Source: a virus
Virus record (IMG/VR): IMGVR_UViG_3300030331_006142
Span: 66,654-130,653 of that record
Strand: one strand, 5' to 3'
DNA: 64,000 nt
The notes under the pieces: model-generated
The model's database searches: none
What the model was told of the DNA's origin: nothing
What the model saw: the letters and a program-made list of their open reading frames with translations, nothing else
Position numbers and translations under genes: made by a program
Part shown: positions 1 through 7,928 of the stretch, piece by piece
Layout: every line of letters begins with the position of its first letter
How positions within the stretch are numbered: position 1 is the stretch's first letter

Positions 1-571
1 GGTCGTCTAGGGTATCAATCTCGTCAAGCAAATCCTCAAGCGTCTGTGGTTTTTTCCCGCTTGGCTGGCCTTCTCCTGAACCTGAAGGAACGCCTTGAGC
101 AGAGTCCGGGTCGGAATCTTGGATTTCACCCTCTTCTTTGCTGGTCCTCTTCTTTGGAAGGTTTGCAAGATACCACTCTGCGCTTTCTCCGCGAGGGAAA
201 TCCTTGAAAAGCCCCTCTCCAGGGATGAGTCCACCCTCCGGTAAGTTGTCCAAGTGCGAGTTTATAGCCAAGTCTGCTGCAATGTTCCACCTCTTCACAG
301 GTACCCCCTCCGGCATGCGACCAGTCACATGAAGAAATACAACGTGATAAAATTCATGTTTTAGGACATCTCTCCTCTCTGCGTCTGTTAGCTTTTGGAA
401 GAACTCCGGGTTGTAAAGCATTTCAAATTGGCTGGTGTCGGGATTAACCATAACTCCAGCCGTTGGAATTGCAAAGGTGGCGCGCTTATCAATCCGTCGC
501 GAGATTGATGCAAAAAACGGCTCGTCCATAAGCAGCCGTGCGGTGTGCATGTTAAGGTCAAAGCTAGTCAT
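1..571 (-). CDS. HExxH metallopeptidase-like protein (DUF2201/vWA-associated type), truncated at window edge
   Basis: Absent from ORF track; manual translation from ATG at 571: MTSFDLNMHTARLLMDEPFFASISRRIDK...IPTAGV...MLYNPEFF...VLKHEFYHVVFLH (HExxH); directly follows a MoxR-type ATPase, the usual pairing. Confidence 0.8.
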   Translation of the reverse strand, partial: MTSFDLNMHTARLLMDEPFFASISRRIDKRATFAIPTAGVMVNPDTSQFEMLYNPEFFQKLTDAERRDVLKHEFYHVVFLHVTGRMPEGVPVKRWNIAADLAINSHLDNLPEGGLIPGEGLFKDFPRGESAEWYLANLPKKRTSKEEGEIQDSDPDSAQGVPSGSGEGQPSGKKPQTLEDLLDEIDTLDD

Positions 572-582
572 AGTATATCCCC

Positions 583-1641
583 TTACTTGGAATCGCCTGC
601 AAGAATCTTAACCAAGTAGTCAGAAACAGAATCTCCGTCTACTTCTGATTGGTGGAGCTTGATTGTGTTGTTGATTTCTCCATTACCCAATACAGACCAC
701 AACTTCATAGCGACCTCAGAGGGCAGCGTAATAAAGTATCTTGCCAGGTTGTCCACTTGGCCTTGCTCCATCTCTGTCTTGAAAGCATCTGATGCATCGA
801 ACTTATCAATCAGCGCAGTGTGGTCATTGATGCCAAAATCAGCAACCTTACTCAGCTTGCCATGAACAAGAATGTCCTCGACTGTTACCTGTCTATCGTA
901 ATTTTGAACAAAGTCGTTGAACGAAACGGCGGCTTCAAAGCCGACGAACGCGGACGTCAAAGTATATAGCGCAGGACTAGCCTCCTCCAAAAGGTTGGCT
1001 TGCTGCAGGCACTCATCAAGTCGTTCCCAGGAGCGGCGACTAGGATAGACCTTGTTGGGTTCGTGGTCGTCTGTGTGCTCAAGGTGCGCCCGGTTTTGGT
1101 TAATGAAGTCCCAAGTAATATCTGAAACAGAGTTGTCCTTAGCCCAGGTCAACCAGTCCTCGACACTAGGCTCGACGTCGAACACAGTCCAGCGGTCGAG
1201 TTCGGCTGGGTCCATCTCACCAACTTGGTACTGTGAACCGTGTTCACCACCATTCACGGCGGCGAATACAAGCGTGTCCTCGTGTAGTGTATGACCATTG
1301 AGCTTGCGACTGTCGGTTAACTCGAAGATGCCTTGACGAACTTCGATAGTGGCTCGGTCAACTTCGTCGAGAAACAAAACAACAGGCTTGTCGCAAGCAG
1401 TCTTGAACCAGTCTGGTGGATTGAAGCGAGTCGAGTTACCTTCGATAGAAGGTAAACCAACCAAATCACCCTCGGTCATCTGTGATGCGCGGCGTTCTAC
1501 GACAGGCAAACCCATGTTATCAGCGAACTGATAAACTACTGTAGATTTACCAATACCATGACGACCTCGTAACAAGACAGGCTTGCGTACATTGGTAACG
1601 TGGTGAACGATGTTTGAGAATGTTGCGAAGTCAACTGCCAT
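583..1641 (-). CDS. MoxR-like AAA+ ATPase
   Basis: Walker A GRHGIGKS, Walker B LFLDEVDR, GDLVGLP, MDPAELDRW, PSRRSWE motifs. Confidence 0.85.
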   Translation of the reverse strand: MAVDFATFSNIVHHVTNVRKPVLLRGRHGIGKSTVVYQFADNMGLPVVERRASQMTEGDLVGLPSIEGNSTRFNPPDWFKTACDKPVVLFLDEVDRATIEVRQGIFELTDSRKLNGHTLHEDTLVFAAVNGGEHGSQYQVGEMDPAELDRWTVFDVEPSVEDWLTWAKDNSVSDITWDFINQNRAHLEHTDDHEPNKVYPSRRSWERLDECLQQANLLEEASPALYTLTSAFVGFEAAVSFNDFVQNYDRQVTVEDILVHGKLSKVADFGINDHTALIDKFDASDAFKTEMEQGQVDNLARYFITLPSEVAMKLWSVLGNGEINNTIKLHQSEVDGDSVSDYLVKILAGDSK

Positions 1642-1696
1642 GATGAATCTCCTTAGTTGTTAGCAGTTATTGGTTACTCTCTCACTGTATATAAAT

Positions 1697-1725
1697 AGTA
1701 TATCACAGGTGGCTATCAAGGTCAA
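1697..1725 (-). promoter_or_regulatory. sigma70-type promoter
   Basis: TTGACC-17nt-TATACT upstream of the MoxR ATPase. Confidence 0.7.
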
Positions 1726-1734
1726 GAACTATTT

Positions 1735-2328
1735 TTATGAAAGTTCTACAATTCTCTTAAACGCACTGGAGCGAATATCAGGGTCTAACTCTGTTGAAAT
1801 CTTTACTGCAAGTTCAGTGTCGCAGCCGGGGGCGCTCAGAATATCAATAACATCCGACCTCCTAGACCAAGCCGAATGGTTGCCTGGTGCGCGGCGCTCA
1901 GATGCATAAAACCTATCATAAATAGCGTGCAATAAGTCCGTTGGGGTTCCCTCGGAGCCGTTGCGATTTCCGGTCCAAGAATAGCCGCGGCCGAAGAACG
2001 CCCTTTTCATTCGCCAGAATGAGCGATTCCACGAGCTAGGAAACCTGTTATACAACTGTCGATACCTTTCTGGCTCTTCAATATAATGTCCGTTGGCGAC
2101 TAGCATTGCTTTGAGGCTGTACCCTTTGTTTACCCTATCCGACCAGAGCAGGTCTCTTGCCTTCTTGGTCAAGCCGGAGTTTTCTGCCAAGTACCAGTGC
2201 GCACGGGCGTAAGGGTGTTCAGCGATTCCGATTTGGATTGCCTCAGGAAGAAACTGATTTTTGGCCAAACCAATTAATTCTGCAGTAGTCATCCTGTAGA
2301 TATTGTTTGTTAGTTGCTCAATGGACAT
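1735..2328 (-). CDS. hypothetical protein
   Basis: 197-aa ORF with AAGGA RBS and its own promoter; no recognised motif. Confidence 0.7.
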   Translation of the reverse strand: MSIEQLTNNIYRMTTAELIGLAKNQFLPEAIQIGIAEHPYARAHWYLAENSGLTKKARDLLWSDRVNKGYSLKAMLVANGHYIEEPERYRQLYNRFPSSWNRSFWRMKRAFFGRGYSWTGNRNGSEGTPTDLLHAIYDRFYASERRAPGNHSAWSRRSDVIDILSAPGCDTELAVKISTELDPDIRSSAFKRIVELS

Positions 2329-2362
2329 TTATAATCCTTCTTAGGAGTTGAATAGTTATTAT

Positions 2363-2391
2363 ATAATATCAGAGAAAGTTCAAGAAGTCAA
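2363..2391 (-). promoter_or_regulatory. sigma70-type promoter
   Basis: TTGACT-17nt-TATTAT. Confidence 0.65.
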
Positions 2392-2397
2392 GCGAAA

Positions 2398-2616
2398 TTA
2401 ATCAAAATGCTTTAGCCACTTTGCTCTGACCCAGCGGTCGTCGCCGTTGATAAAGCGAACCATGCAATGGTATTCATCAATATGCCAGAGACACTGTTCA
2501 GTGCTGGTGACATAATTGTTTATTAATTCTGCTTTGACGACAATTCCTGCTGTTTGTTTTTGGTCTTTTTCCAGGGGACAATAAACTAAGTCCCCAATGT
2601 CAAACTTCTGCCTCAT
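2398..2616 (-). CDS. small SH3/KOW-like protein (GDLV family)
   Basis: KFDIGDLVY...GIVV...VRF...WV..KWL pattern. Confidence 0.65.
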   Translation of the reverse strand: MRQKFDIGDLVYCPLEKDQKQTAGIVVKAELINNYVTSTEQCLWHIDEYHCMVRFINGDDRWVRAKWLKHFD

Positions 2617-2688
2617 GTATTATCTTATACCACATGAGGCAAAAAAAATCAAATCTTTTTGAAAGAAATTTTCCTTGTCTGTCAGTTA

Positions 2689-2889
2689 TCATTGCGGGTT
2701 GACCGGGCGCAGCTCGGCTAACTGATACCAATCTCTTTGGGAAGTTGTATGGTTTAGCCATCTGACCCTGTAACCGTATGTGGTCGGGTGGCCAAGGTGG
2801 TCTGCCAGGTCAATATTTAGCAGAACTCCAAGCAGAACAGAGCTGTTGGTAGCTTTGCAGTAGAATCTCACCAAATCTCCAACCTTCAC
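2689..2889 (-). CDS. small SH3/KOW-like protein (MKVGDLV family)
   Basis: MKVGDLVRF...GVLL...YRVRW...WY..ELRPV; GTG start overlaps the upstream TGA. Confidence 0.7.
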   Translation of the reverse strand: MKVGDLVRFYCKATNSSVLLGVLLNIDLADHLGHPTTYGYRVRWLNHTTSQRDWYQLAELRPVNPQ

Positions 2890-3110
2890 TGTTGCCTCTT
2901 TCGCCGGGCGTAAGCCAGTTCTCTTCGTGAGTGATTATCGTTGGGAGTAAGACCGTTCTGGGGCTTTGACCACCTAACCTGATAGGGGTACATACCTTTG
3001 TGGATAGCTATAACTAAGCCTAGCTGGCTTGCATCCCGCAATGTAATTCTTTTATTGTAATTGCGCAGCTTTCCATAAGCTGAGAGCTTAACCAGGTCGC
3101 CCACCTTCAT
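2886..3110 (-). CDS. small SH3/KOW-like protein (MKVGDLV family)
   Basis: Likely start ATG at 3110: MKVGDLVKL...GLVI...YQVRW...RELAY. Confidence 0.7.
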   Translation of the reverse strand: MKVGDLVKLSAYGKLRNYNKRITLRDASQLGLVIAIHKGMYPYQVRWSKPQNGLTPNDNHSRRELAYARRKRQQ

Positions 3111-3111
3111 G

Positions 3112-3627
3112 TCACTTCCCATTGACAAGTTCAAAGTCTCGCTCCGGATATCTAGAACGCCCGCGCCATCCAACTGTCTCATTTAGCCAACTTGAATTCT
3201 CTCCCCCTGAGAAATGTATCTCCAAATACTTTCCAGAGCAAGAGAGAACAATCCCGACTGCATTGTCGTAGCCGCAGCGGATTGCGCGCTTATTGCTTTT
3301 CCCCCTAACCAGGGAGCCAACTGGGTATTTAGGCGGAGGTGACTTAAGTCTATCAATCAACTGAGTACCGTTACTCCAGAATGTTCCCGGAAAATAATCG
3401 GTATGAGGGTCGGACTCTTGGCCGACCGCTTTTGTGTGAAAGCTGCTAACAGATGGTGCGGAGTTTTCATCTTCCCAATCACTCGGCTCGACATACCATG
3501 ACGCCACAGTATCTTCATAAATAAGCCACTCTTTTCGACGCTTTTTATGAGGGTCGTCAGAAGTGATGGGTAGAACCTTAGTGCCAAGACGCTTAAAGAG
3601 TTTATTAAGAAATGATTTGTACTTCAT
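3112..3627 (-). CDS. hypothetical protein with C-terminal SH3/KOW-like domain
   Basis: C-terminal KYPVGSLVRG...GIVL...LEIHF...RDFELV. Confidence 0.65.
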   Translation of the reverse strand: MKYKSFLNKLFKRLGTKVLPITSDDPHKKRRKEWLIYEDTVASWYVEPSDWEDENSAPSVSSFHTKAVGQESDPHTDYFPGTFWSNGTQLIDRLKSPPPKYPVGSLVRGKSNKRAIRCGYDNAVGIVLSCSGKYLEIHFSGGENSSWLNETVGWRGRSRYPERDFELVNGK

Positions 3628-3794
3628 TAGTGGACCTCATCGCTCACAACGGGTTGGAACATCAACTTAACATCATTGAGCACTTCGGTTAGTACTTCAG
3701 CTTTCTCTGGGTTATCGTAGTTTTCGACAAATTTTACATTTAGTAAGGCAACCAGAGCTGCAACATTAACCGCTTCTTCTAGTGTATCATTCAT
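3627..3794 (-). CDS. small hypothetical protein (55 aa)
   Basis: Manual translation MNDTLEEAVNVAALVALLNVKF...SDEVH*; GAGG RBS; stop overlaps next start. Confidence 0.55.
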   Translation of the reverse strand: MNDTLEEAVNVAALVALLNVKFVENYDNPEKAEVLTEVLNDVKLMFQPVVSDEVH

Positions 3795-3802
3795 GTTCAA
3801 CC

Positions 3803-4063
3803 TCAATCAACAATGTCTGCTGCAGTGCGAGCGCGGCCGACGTGCTGGCTTGTGGTCATAGACTGAAAGCCGTGACGGCCTCGTGCTGTGTAATCTCGAA
3901 GGACTTTTGCCCCCGTCTTTTCACAAGTGTCACCAATCAATAGGCTGTAGGAGAACAGCCGCTCTCCATCAGTAGTAAAACAGCCAGTGTGGTTAGATGC
4001 TGGTTTGCCTTCTGCCCAAAACTCTGGTACAAGATGGTTGCGAACTTTCAATACTTTAGTCAT
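3803..4063 (-). CDS. hypothetical protein
   Basis: Probable start MTKVLKVRNH at 4063 after AAGGA. Confidence 0.6.
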   Translation of the reverse strand: MTKVLKVRNHLVPEFWAEGKPASNHTGCFTTDGERLFSYSLLIGDTCEKTGAKVLRDYTARGRHGFQSMTTSQHVGRARTAADIVD

Positions 4064-4170
4064 TTTGTGTGTCCTTTCACGAACAATGGTGCGACATAGA
4101 CAGCCGCGATTAAAGCGGCTCCAACCGCCATACAAACAATATCAAGAATTTTCATTCTTACTTTTTTCAT
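4060..4170 (-). CDS. small hydrophobic (membrane) peptide
   Basis: MKKVRMKILDIVCMAVGAALIAAVYVAPLFVKGHTK*; ATGA overlap with next gene; directly after a consensus promoter. Confidence 0.4.
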   Translation of the reverse strand: MKKVRMKILDIVCMAVGAALIAAVYVAPLFVKGHTK

Positions 4171-4176
4171 AATACT

Positions 4177-4205
4177 ATTATACTATGATTCCATAATGAT
4201 GTCAA
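4177..4205 (-). promoter_or_regulatory. perfect-consensus sigma70 promoter
   Basis: TTGACA-17nt-TATAAT. Confidence 0.8.
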
Positions 4206-4855
4206 GTGTCTTTTTTTACAATTTCTTTTCCGAACGATGCACGTAGAAAGAACGCCATGTACTTATTTTTGAGCTGGGTACCCTTATAAAGTAAGGGAGT
4301 GTAAGTTCCATCTGATTTTTTACTAGCCTTGGTGCGAATCTGAAGTAATCCATTAGGACCATTGATTGTGTGCAATAGCTCTCGCGATGAGTGGGCGCGC
4401 CTGATTTGTGAAGAAATATAATTATAATCTTCTTTGAGCTTTTCATAGCATTCAGGTGAATTCACTTGGTTAATGGTCTTGGACTTGATGAAGGTGCCGT
4501 CTTTCTTGTCAAAACCAGCAAATATTGTTTGCTTTAGTTTTTGGAATACTTTGCTGTCTTTAAACGAAGTCGGATTGTCGACAATATCCGGCAAACAATG
4601 ACCCAGAGAAGTGATTGCAATAGATTCACCCACTGTAAAAGTCTTCAACTCTCCATCGGTCATGTCCGTCAAATCAGAACCGTTTTTAATACCCAGTGCG
4701 GACTCTAGGATTTGTCCTCTTTCGCCCTTGTTGGCACCAGGCTTAGGAAGTTGGTCGAAATCGAATGTGTTCAGCATACCCTCAACTTGAGCAGTTGATA
4801 GCTTTGCGGAGTCGATAATATTATTTGCGCTGCTTGTCATTCTTGATTCTCTCAA
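4202..4855 (-). CDS. MutH/Sau3AI-family endonuclease
   Basis: NKGERGQILE..LG...D...ELKT and GPNGLLQIRTK...AFFLR motifs; start may be 4840. Confidence 0.75.
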   Translation of the reverse strand: MRESRMTSSANNIIDSAKLSTAQVEGMLNTFDFDQLPKPGANKGERGQILESALGIKNGSDLTDMTDGELKTFTVGESIAITSLGHCLPDIVDNPTSFKDSKVFQKLKQTIFAGFDKKDGTFIKSKTINQVNSPECYEKLKEDYNYISSQIRRAHSSRELLHTINGPNGLLQIRTKASKKSDGTYTPLLYKGTQLKNKYMAFFLRASFGKEIVKKDT

Positions 4856-4872
4856 TCTCTTCCATGACCCTC

Positions 4873-4901
4873 ACTCTATCATCGCTTGGTAGAGATGTCA
4901 A
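4873..4901 (-). promoter_or_regulatory. sigma70-type promoter
   Basis: TTGACA-17nt-TAGAGT. Confidence 0.55.
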
Positions 4902-5259
4902 GATTTTTGTTGTCTCCGGTTTTGGAAACTCTACTAAATGACGAGCAATACGTCGAATGTGTGCAATTGACCTAATTTCCATGTTAGCCTCCAATTAAAG
5001 TTGTCACAAACTGCTTAATGCCGGTGATGCCGATAAAATCTCCGGCCAAAAATAATGCAACAACAAAAAATAATTTACCAATAAAATCAAACATTTACAA
5101 TACCGTACCTTCTTATTGAATCAATCTTCCAATCGCTACCAAAGTGCAGTCGGCGAATGTATGCCCAAGATGCAACTTCCGCAAAGGACTGCCTAGCAAC
5201 GGTTTCAGTAACAATCTCAGCCGTGTCTGGATTTAAGAACTCTATAATGTATGCGTCCA

Positions 5260-5514
5260 TTAGTGATGACCAGGATACATGGTCTGCATCGCATGGTAGC
5301 AGTCTGCCGCATCGACTCGGCTTGGGTTTCTCTTTGTGTTGTCAACCAATCTAAGATTAGCATATACTTTCTTGTTCTTAATATCCAAATCTAGACCCAC
5401 CACTCGCCCAATATATGAGTAGCCCGACATCCTTACTCTAACCCTGTCACCCGCCTTGATTTTATTAGGGTTCCATTGGTCAAACAATTTTTCAATGTCT
5501 CTGTTTGATACCAT
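5260..5514 (-). CDS. small KOW/SH3-like protein
   Basis: KIKAGDRVRVRMSG...IGRVV. Confidence 0.6.
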   Translation of the reverse strand: MVSNRDIEKLFDQWNPNKIKAGDRVRVRMSGYSYIGRVVGLDLDIKNKKVYANLRLVDNTKRNPSRVDAADCYHAMQTMYPGHH

Positions 5515-5541
5515 TTTTTAACCTTTCATAGTTACATTATT

Positions 5542-5570
5542 ATTATACATTACCTCGACTAAAAAGTCAA
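5542..5570 (-). promoter_or_regulatory. sigma70-type promoter
   Basis: TTGACT-17nt-TATAAT. Confidence 0.75.
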
Positions 5571-5579
5571 GAAAAAAAG

Positions 5580-5661
5580 TAGCTAGGGCGGGACTCGAAC
5601 CCGCATACCCGGAGGCGGCAGATTTTAAGTCTGCTGTGTATACCAATTCCACCACCTAGCC
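5580..5661 (-). tRNA. tRNA-Leu(TAA)
   Basis: Acceptor GGCTAGG/CCTAGCT, anticodon arm GCAGA-CTTAAAA-TCTGC, long variable arm, GGTTCGAGTCC T-arm. Confidence 0.92.
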
Positions 5662-5665
5662 ATGT

Positions 5666-5742
<77 letters not shown>

Positions 5743-5751
5743 ATATAATTA

Positions 5752-5823
5752 GGCGTGTGGTGAGAATCGAACTCACATCATCAGCTTGGAAGGCTGAGGT
5801 AATGGCCGTTATACGACACACGC
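5752..5823 (-). tRNA. tRNA-Gly(TCC)
   Basis: GCGTGTG/CACACGC acceptor, TCAGC-CTTCCAA-GCTGA, GTTCGATTC. Confidence 0.92.
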
Positions 5824-5830
5824 GTGATTG

Positions 5831-5903
5831 TGGAGCATCTGGGACTCGAACCCAGAACCAGCGGATTAAAAGTCCGATGCGCTGCCAATTGCGCCAATGC
5901 TCC
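5831..5903 (-). tRNA. tRNA-Lys(TTT)
   Basis: GGAGCAT/ATGCTCC acceptor, CGGA-CTTTTAA-TCCG, GGTTCGAGTCC. Confidence 0.92.
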
Positions 5904-6052
5904 TCATGCCCTAATTATTCTCCCAAACTTAATCTTCGAGCCATGCAACTCCAAGAGCGTCTTCTTCTTTTTCTCACAAATCTTTTTCGTTGCATAAATA
6001 TGCTCCTTTGGTTCTTTGCCGATTCGATACTCTAAATGATAAATCGCTGTAC

Positions 6053-6262
6053 TCATACTGATTTCTCTACTTTTCTCAAGGAATGGCCGCCAGTCCAGAA
6101 GACACCATAGTCGTCTGCCCAGCGGACCCTATAAGTTGGTTCTGACACGGCGCCATCGACGCCCCAGCGCTCCTGAATATCGATGATGATACCAACCCGG
6201 AGATAGTGGGGGCTGTCCTCGATAAGCCCATCTCGCTTCATTACTAAATCACCGACTTTCAC
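6053..6262 (-). CDS. MKVGDLV-family small SH3/KOW-like protein, array unit 6 (last)
   Basis: GTG start within junction repeat; MKVGDLVMK...GIII...YRVRW. Confidence 0.75.
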   Translation of the reverse strand: MKVGDLVMKRDGLIEDSPHYLRVGIIIDIQERWGVDGAVSEPTYRVRWADDYGVFWTGGHSLRKVEKSV

Positions 6263-6422
6263 TGATTAGCTCCAATTCTCTTTTGTGCAAGAAAACAATT
6301 GTGCCAGAATTCAACAATACATCGTAATACATACCATCTCCACTCAACATACTGTAGACTAATCCATATTTGTTGCCATGATATATCTTCGGTAGAATCC
6401 TGACTAAATCACCGACTTTCAC
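6249..6422 (-). CDS. MKVGDLV-family small protein, array unit 5 (57 aa; below ORF-track cutoff)
   Basis: Manual translation MKVGDLVRILPKIYHGNKYGLVYSMLSGDGMYYDVLLNSGTIVFLHKRELELISESR*. Confidence 0.8.
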   Translation of the reverse strand: MKVGDLVRILPKIYHGNKYGLVYSMLSGDGMYYDVLLNSGTIVFLHKRELELISESR

Positions 6423-6612
6423 TTATAACTCCTATGCTTGGATGTCCTTGACTGAACCACCCATTACCATCTCCAGTTTGCCACACAATGAAAACCTGGT
6501 CTCCATCCGGATGGGTTATAATCTTCTGGACAAGCCCAAAGTCCACCTTAACATGGTTTTCTCCCAAATATTTATACTCAGCGTACCACTGAACCAAATC
6601 ACCGACTTTCAC
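6409..6612 (-). CDS. MKVGDLV-family small protein, array unit 4
   Basis: MKVGDLVQW...GVISESR*. Confidence 0.8.
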   Translation of the reverse strand: MKVGDLVQWYAEYKYLGENHVKVDFGLVQKIITHPDGDQVFIVWQTGDGNGWFSQGHPSIGVISESR

Positions 6613-6787
6613 TGATAACCTTCAGTGCTTTGTAACTCCACAATCTTTTGCCCTGCGCGGTGATGACGTGAACGTCAGGATTCAAGAACGCACTCTCATC
6701 ATAACTCGGGCACTTACCAGCATAACCTAGGCCGGTCACGATTCCTGTGTGGCCTTGCCCATTTCTAACTAAATCACCGACCTTCAC
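6599..6787 (-). CDS. MKVGDLV-family small protein, array unit 3
   Basis: MKVGDLVRN...LKVISESR*. Confidence 0.8.
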   Translation of the reverse strand: MKVGDLVRNGQGHTGIVTGLGYAGKCPSYDESAFLNPDVHVITAQGKRLWSYKALKVISESR

Positions 6788-6971
6788 TTATAACCTCCAA
6801 GTCCTCGACCCAGTCCCAATCTCTTTGAATCCCGCATGTCCTGCGCTTTGGTGGCCACAGTACACGAACTCTATCACCAGATGGAATCCTTAAAAACTCT
6901 ACAGCACATCCAACTAGGCCCTGCAAGCCAGTGTGGTAACTCCTGTATTTGACCAAATCACCGACCTTCAC
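6774..6971 (-). CDS. MKVGDLV-family small protein, array unit 2
   Basis: MKVGDLVKY...LEVISEGR*. Confidence 0.8.
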   Translation of the reverse strand: MKVGDLVKYRSYHTGLQGLVGCAVEFLRIPSGDRVRVLWPPKRRTCGIQRDWDWVEDLEVISEGR

Positions 6972-7158
6972 TTATCACCTCCATCTCTAAATCTCCCCAA
7001 TCAAAGGATTCTTGTGTATAAGTCTCAACATCTCCGTCGCAGAAGAGCATTGTCCATTCAAGTCGGCCAGGATACGATGGTGGGTGGTCAGAATCTATCA
7101 CGAGGGCGTAGTAAACACCTTCTGCGAAGCCTAGTTTTACTAAATCACCGACTTTCAT
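6958..7158 (-). CDS. MKVGDLV-family small protein, array unit 1
   Basis: ATG at 7158 after AGGAG RBS; MKVGDLVKL...MEVISEGR*. Confidence 0.8.
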   Translation of the reverse strand: MKVGDLVKLGFAEGVYYALVIDSDHPPSYPGRLEWTMLFCDGDVETYTQESFDWGDLEMEVISEGR

Positions 7159-7179
7159 TTGTCTTCTCCTGAAGCGTAG

Positions 7180-7253
<74 letters not shown>

Positions 7254-7347
7254 TTATTAGGCTCATACTTTACATTAACATAGATAAACAAAATACCTGA
7301 GCCGATTATTGAGAAAAGCAAGAACAAGTCTCCAATCATTTCAATAT

Positions 7348-7545
7348 TCATTGTACCACCTTGGTAAGCATATGTCTAGGAAAATCTTGAACTTTTGCAT
7401 GCTCATCCCATGTAATATATATTCTGAACCAGTCTTCGTCGATTTGAGAGAAGACGACGCCCTTAGTTTGGTTAGGGAGTGGCTTGATTTGTTTGCTAGA
7501 CACAACGTAAACCAAATCTCCAACTTTTACAGGCGACATCAACAC
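7348..7545 (-). CDS. small SH3/KOW-like protein (VKVGDLV)
   Basis: PVKVGDLVYV...GVV...FRIYITW...LTKV. Confidence 0.65.
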   Translation of the reverse strand: MLMSPVKVGDLVYVVSSKQIKPLPNQTKGVVFSQIDEDWFRIYITWDEHAKVQDFPRHMLTKVVQ

Positions 7546-7928
7546 CAGTCTCCTATATCTGAAAAAATATCAACACTATTCTTCTTTTCTTGCCTTTCTC
7601 TGTGTCTTTTTAGGTTTTCATTTTTTACTTTTTCTTTCTCCTCTTCATGAAGGTCCAGAATAGCGGCGCTGTGAGTAATCATATAGCTTGAATCACCGCC
7701 CTGATACACTCTTAGTTTCTCTCCCGTAGAGAGAGTTAGTGTCGGGTCTCTATCTTTTATATATTTGTTAGTCACCACGTCCCACGGATACACCATCTTC
7801 TCCACTGTTCTCATCGAACCGCCAGAAACCTGAATGTATGGCACCTTAAATTTTCCAAAATTATTCGCGTGCAAAAAAACGCGCGTGCCGTCAACCAGAA
7901 AGGAAATAGATTTTATTTTATTTTGCAC
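7539..7928 (-). CDS. hypothetical protein
   Basis: 129-aa ORF overlapping its neighbours in the operon. Confidence 0.6.
   Translation of the reverse strand: MQNKIKSISFLVDGTRVFLHANNFGKFKVPYIQVSGGSMRTVEKMVYPWDVVTNKYIKDRDPTLTLSTGEKLRVYQGGDSSYMITHSAAILDLHEEEKEKVKNENLKRHRERQEKKNSVDIFSDIGDWC

Larger units (their letters stand above)
6244..7158 (-). repeat. six copies of a dual-coding junction repeat, coding-strand core AT(A/C)AGTGAA(A/G)GTCGGTGATTT(A/G)GT
   Basis: Plus-strand copies of (C/T)AAATCACCGAC(T/C)TTCA near 6245, 6405, 6595, 6770, 6954 and 7141, separated by unrelated sequence. Confidence 0.92.

Noticed and set aside
6244-7158. CRISPR array interpretation of the regularly spaced repeat
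   Set aside because: The spacers are about 135-165 nt and are open reading frames, the repeat is not palindromic, and no cas genes are present.
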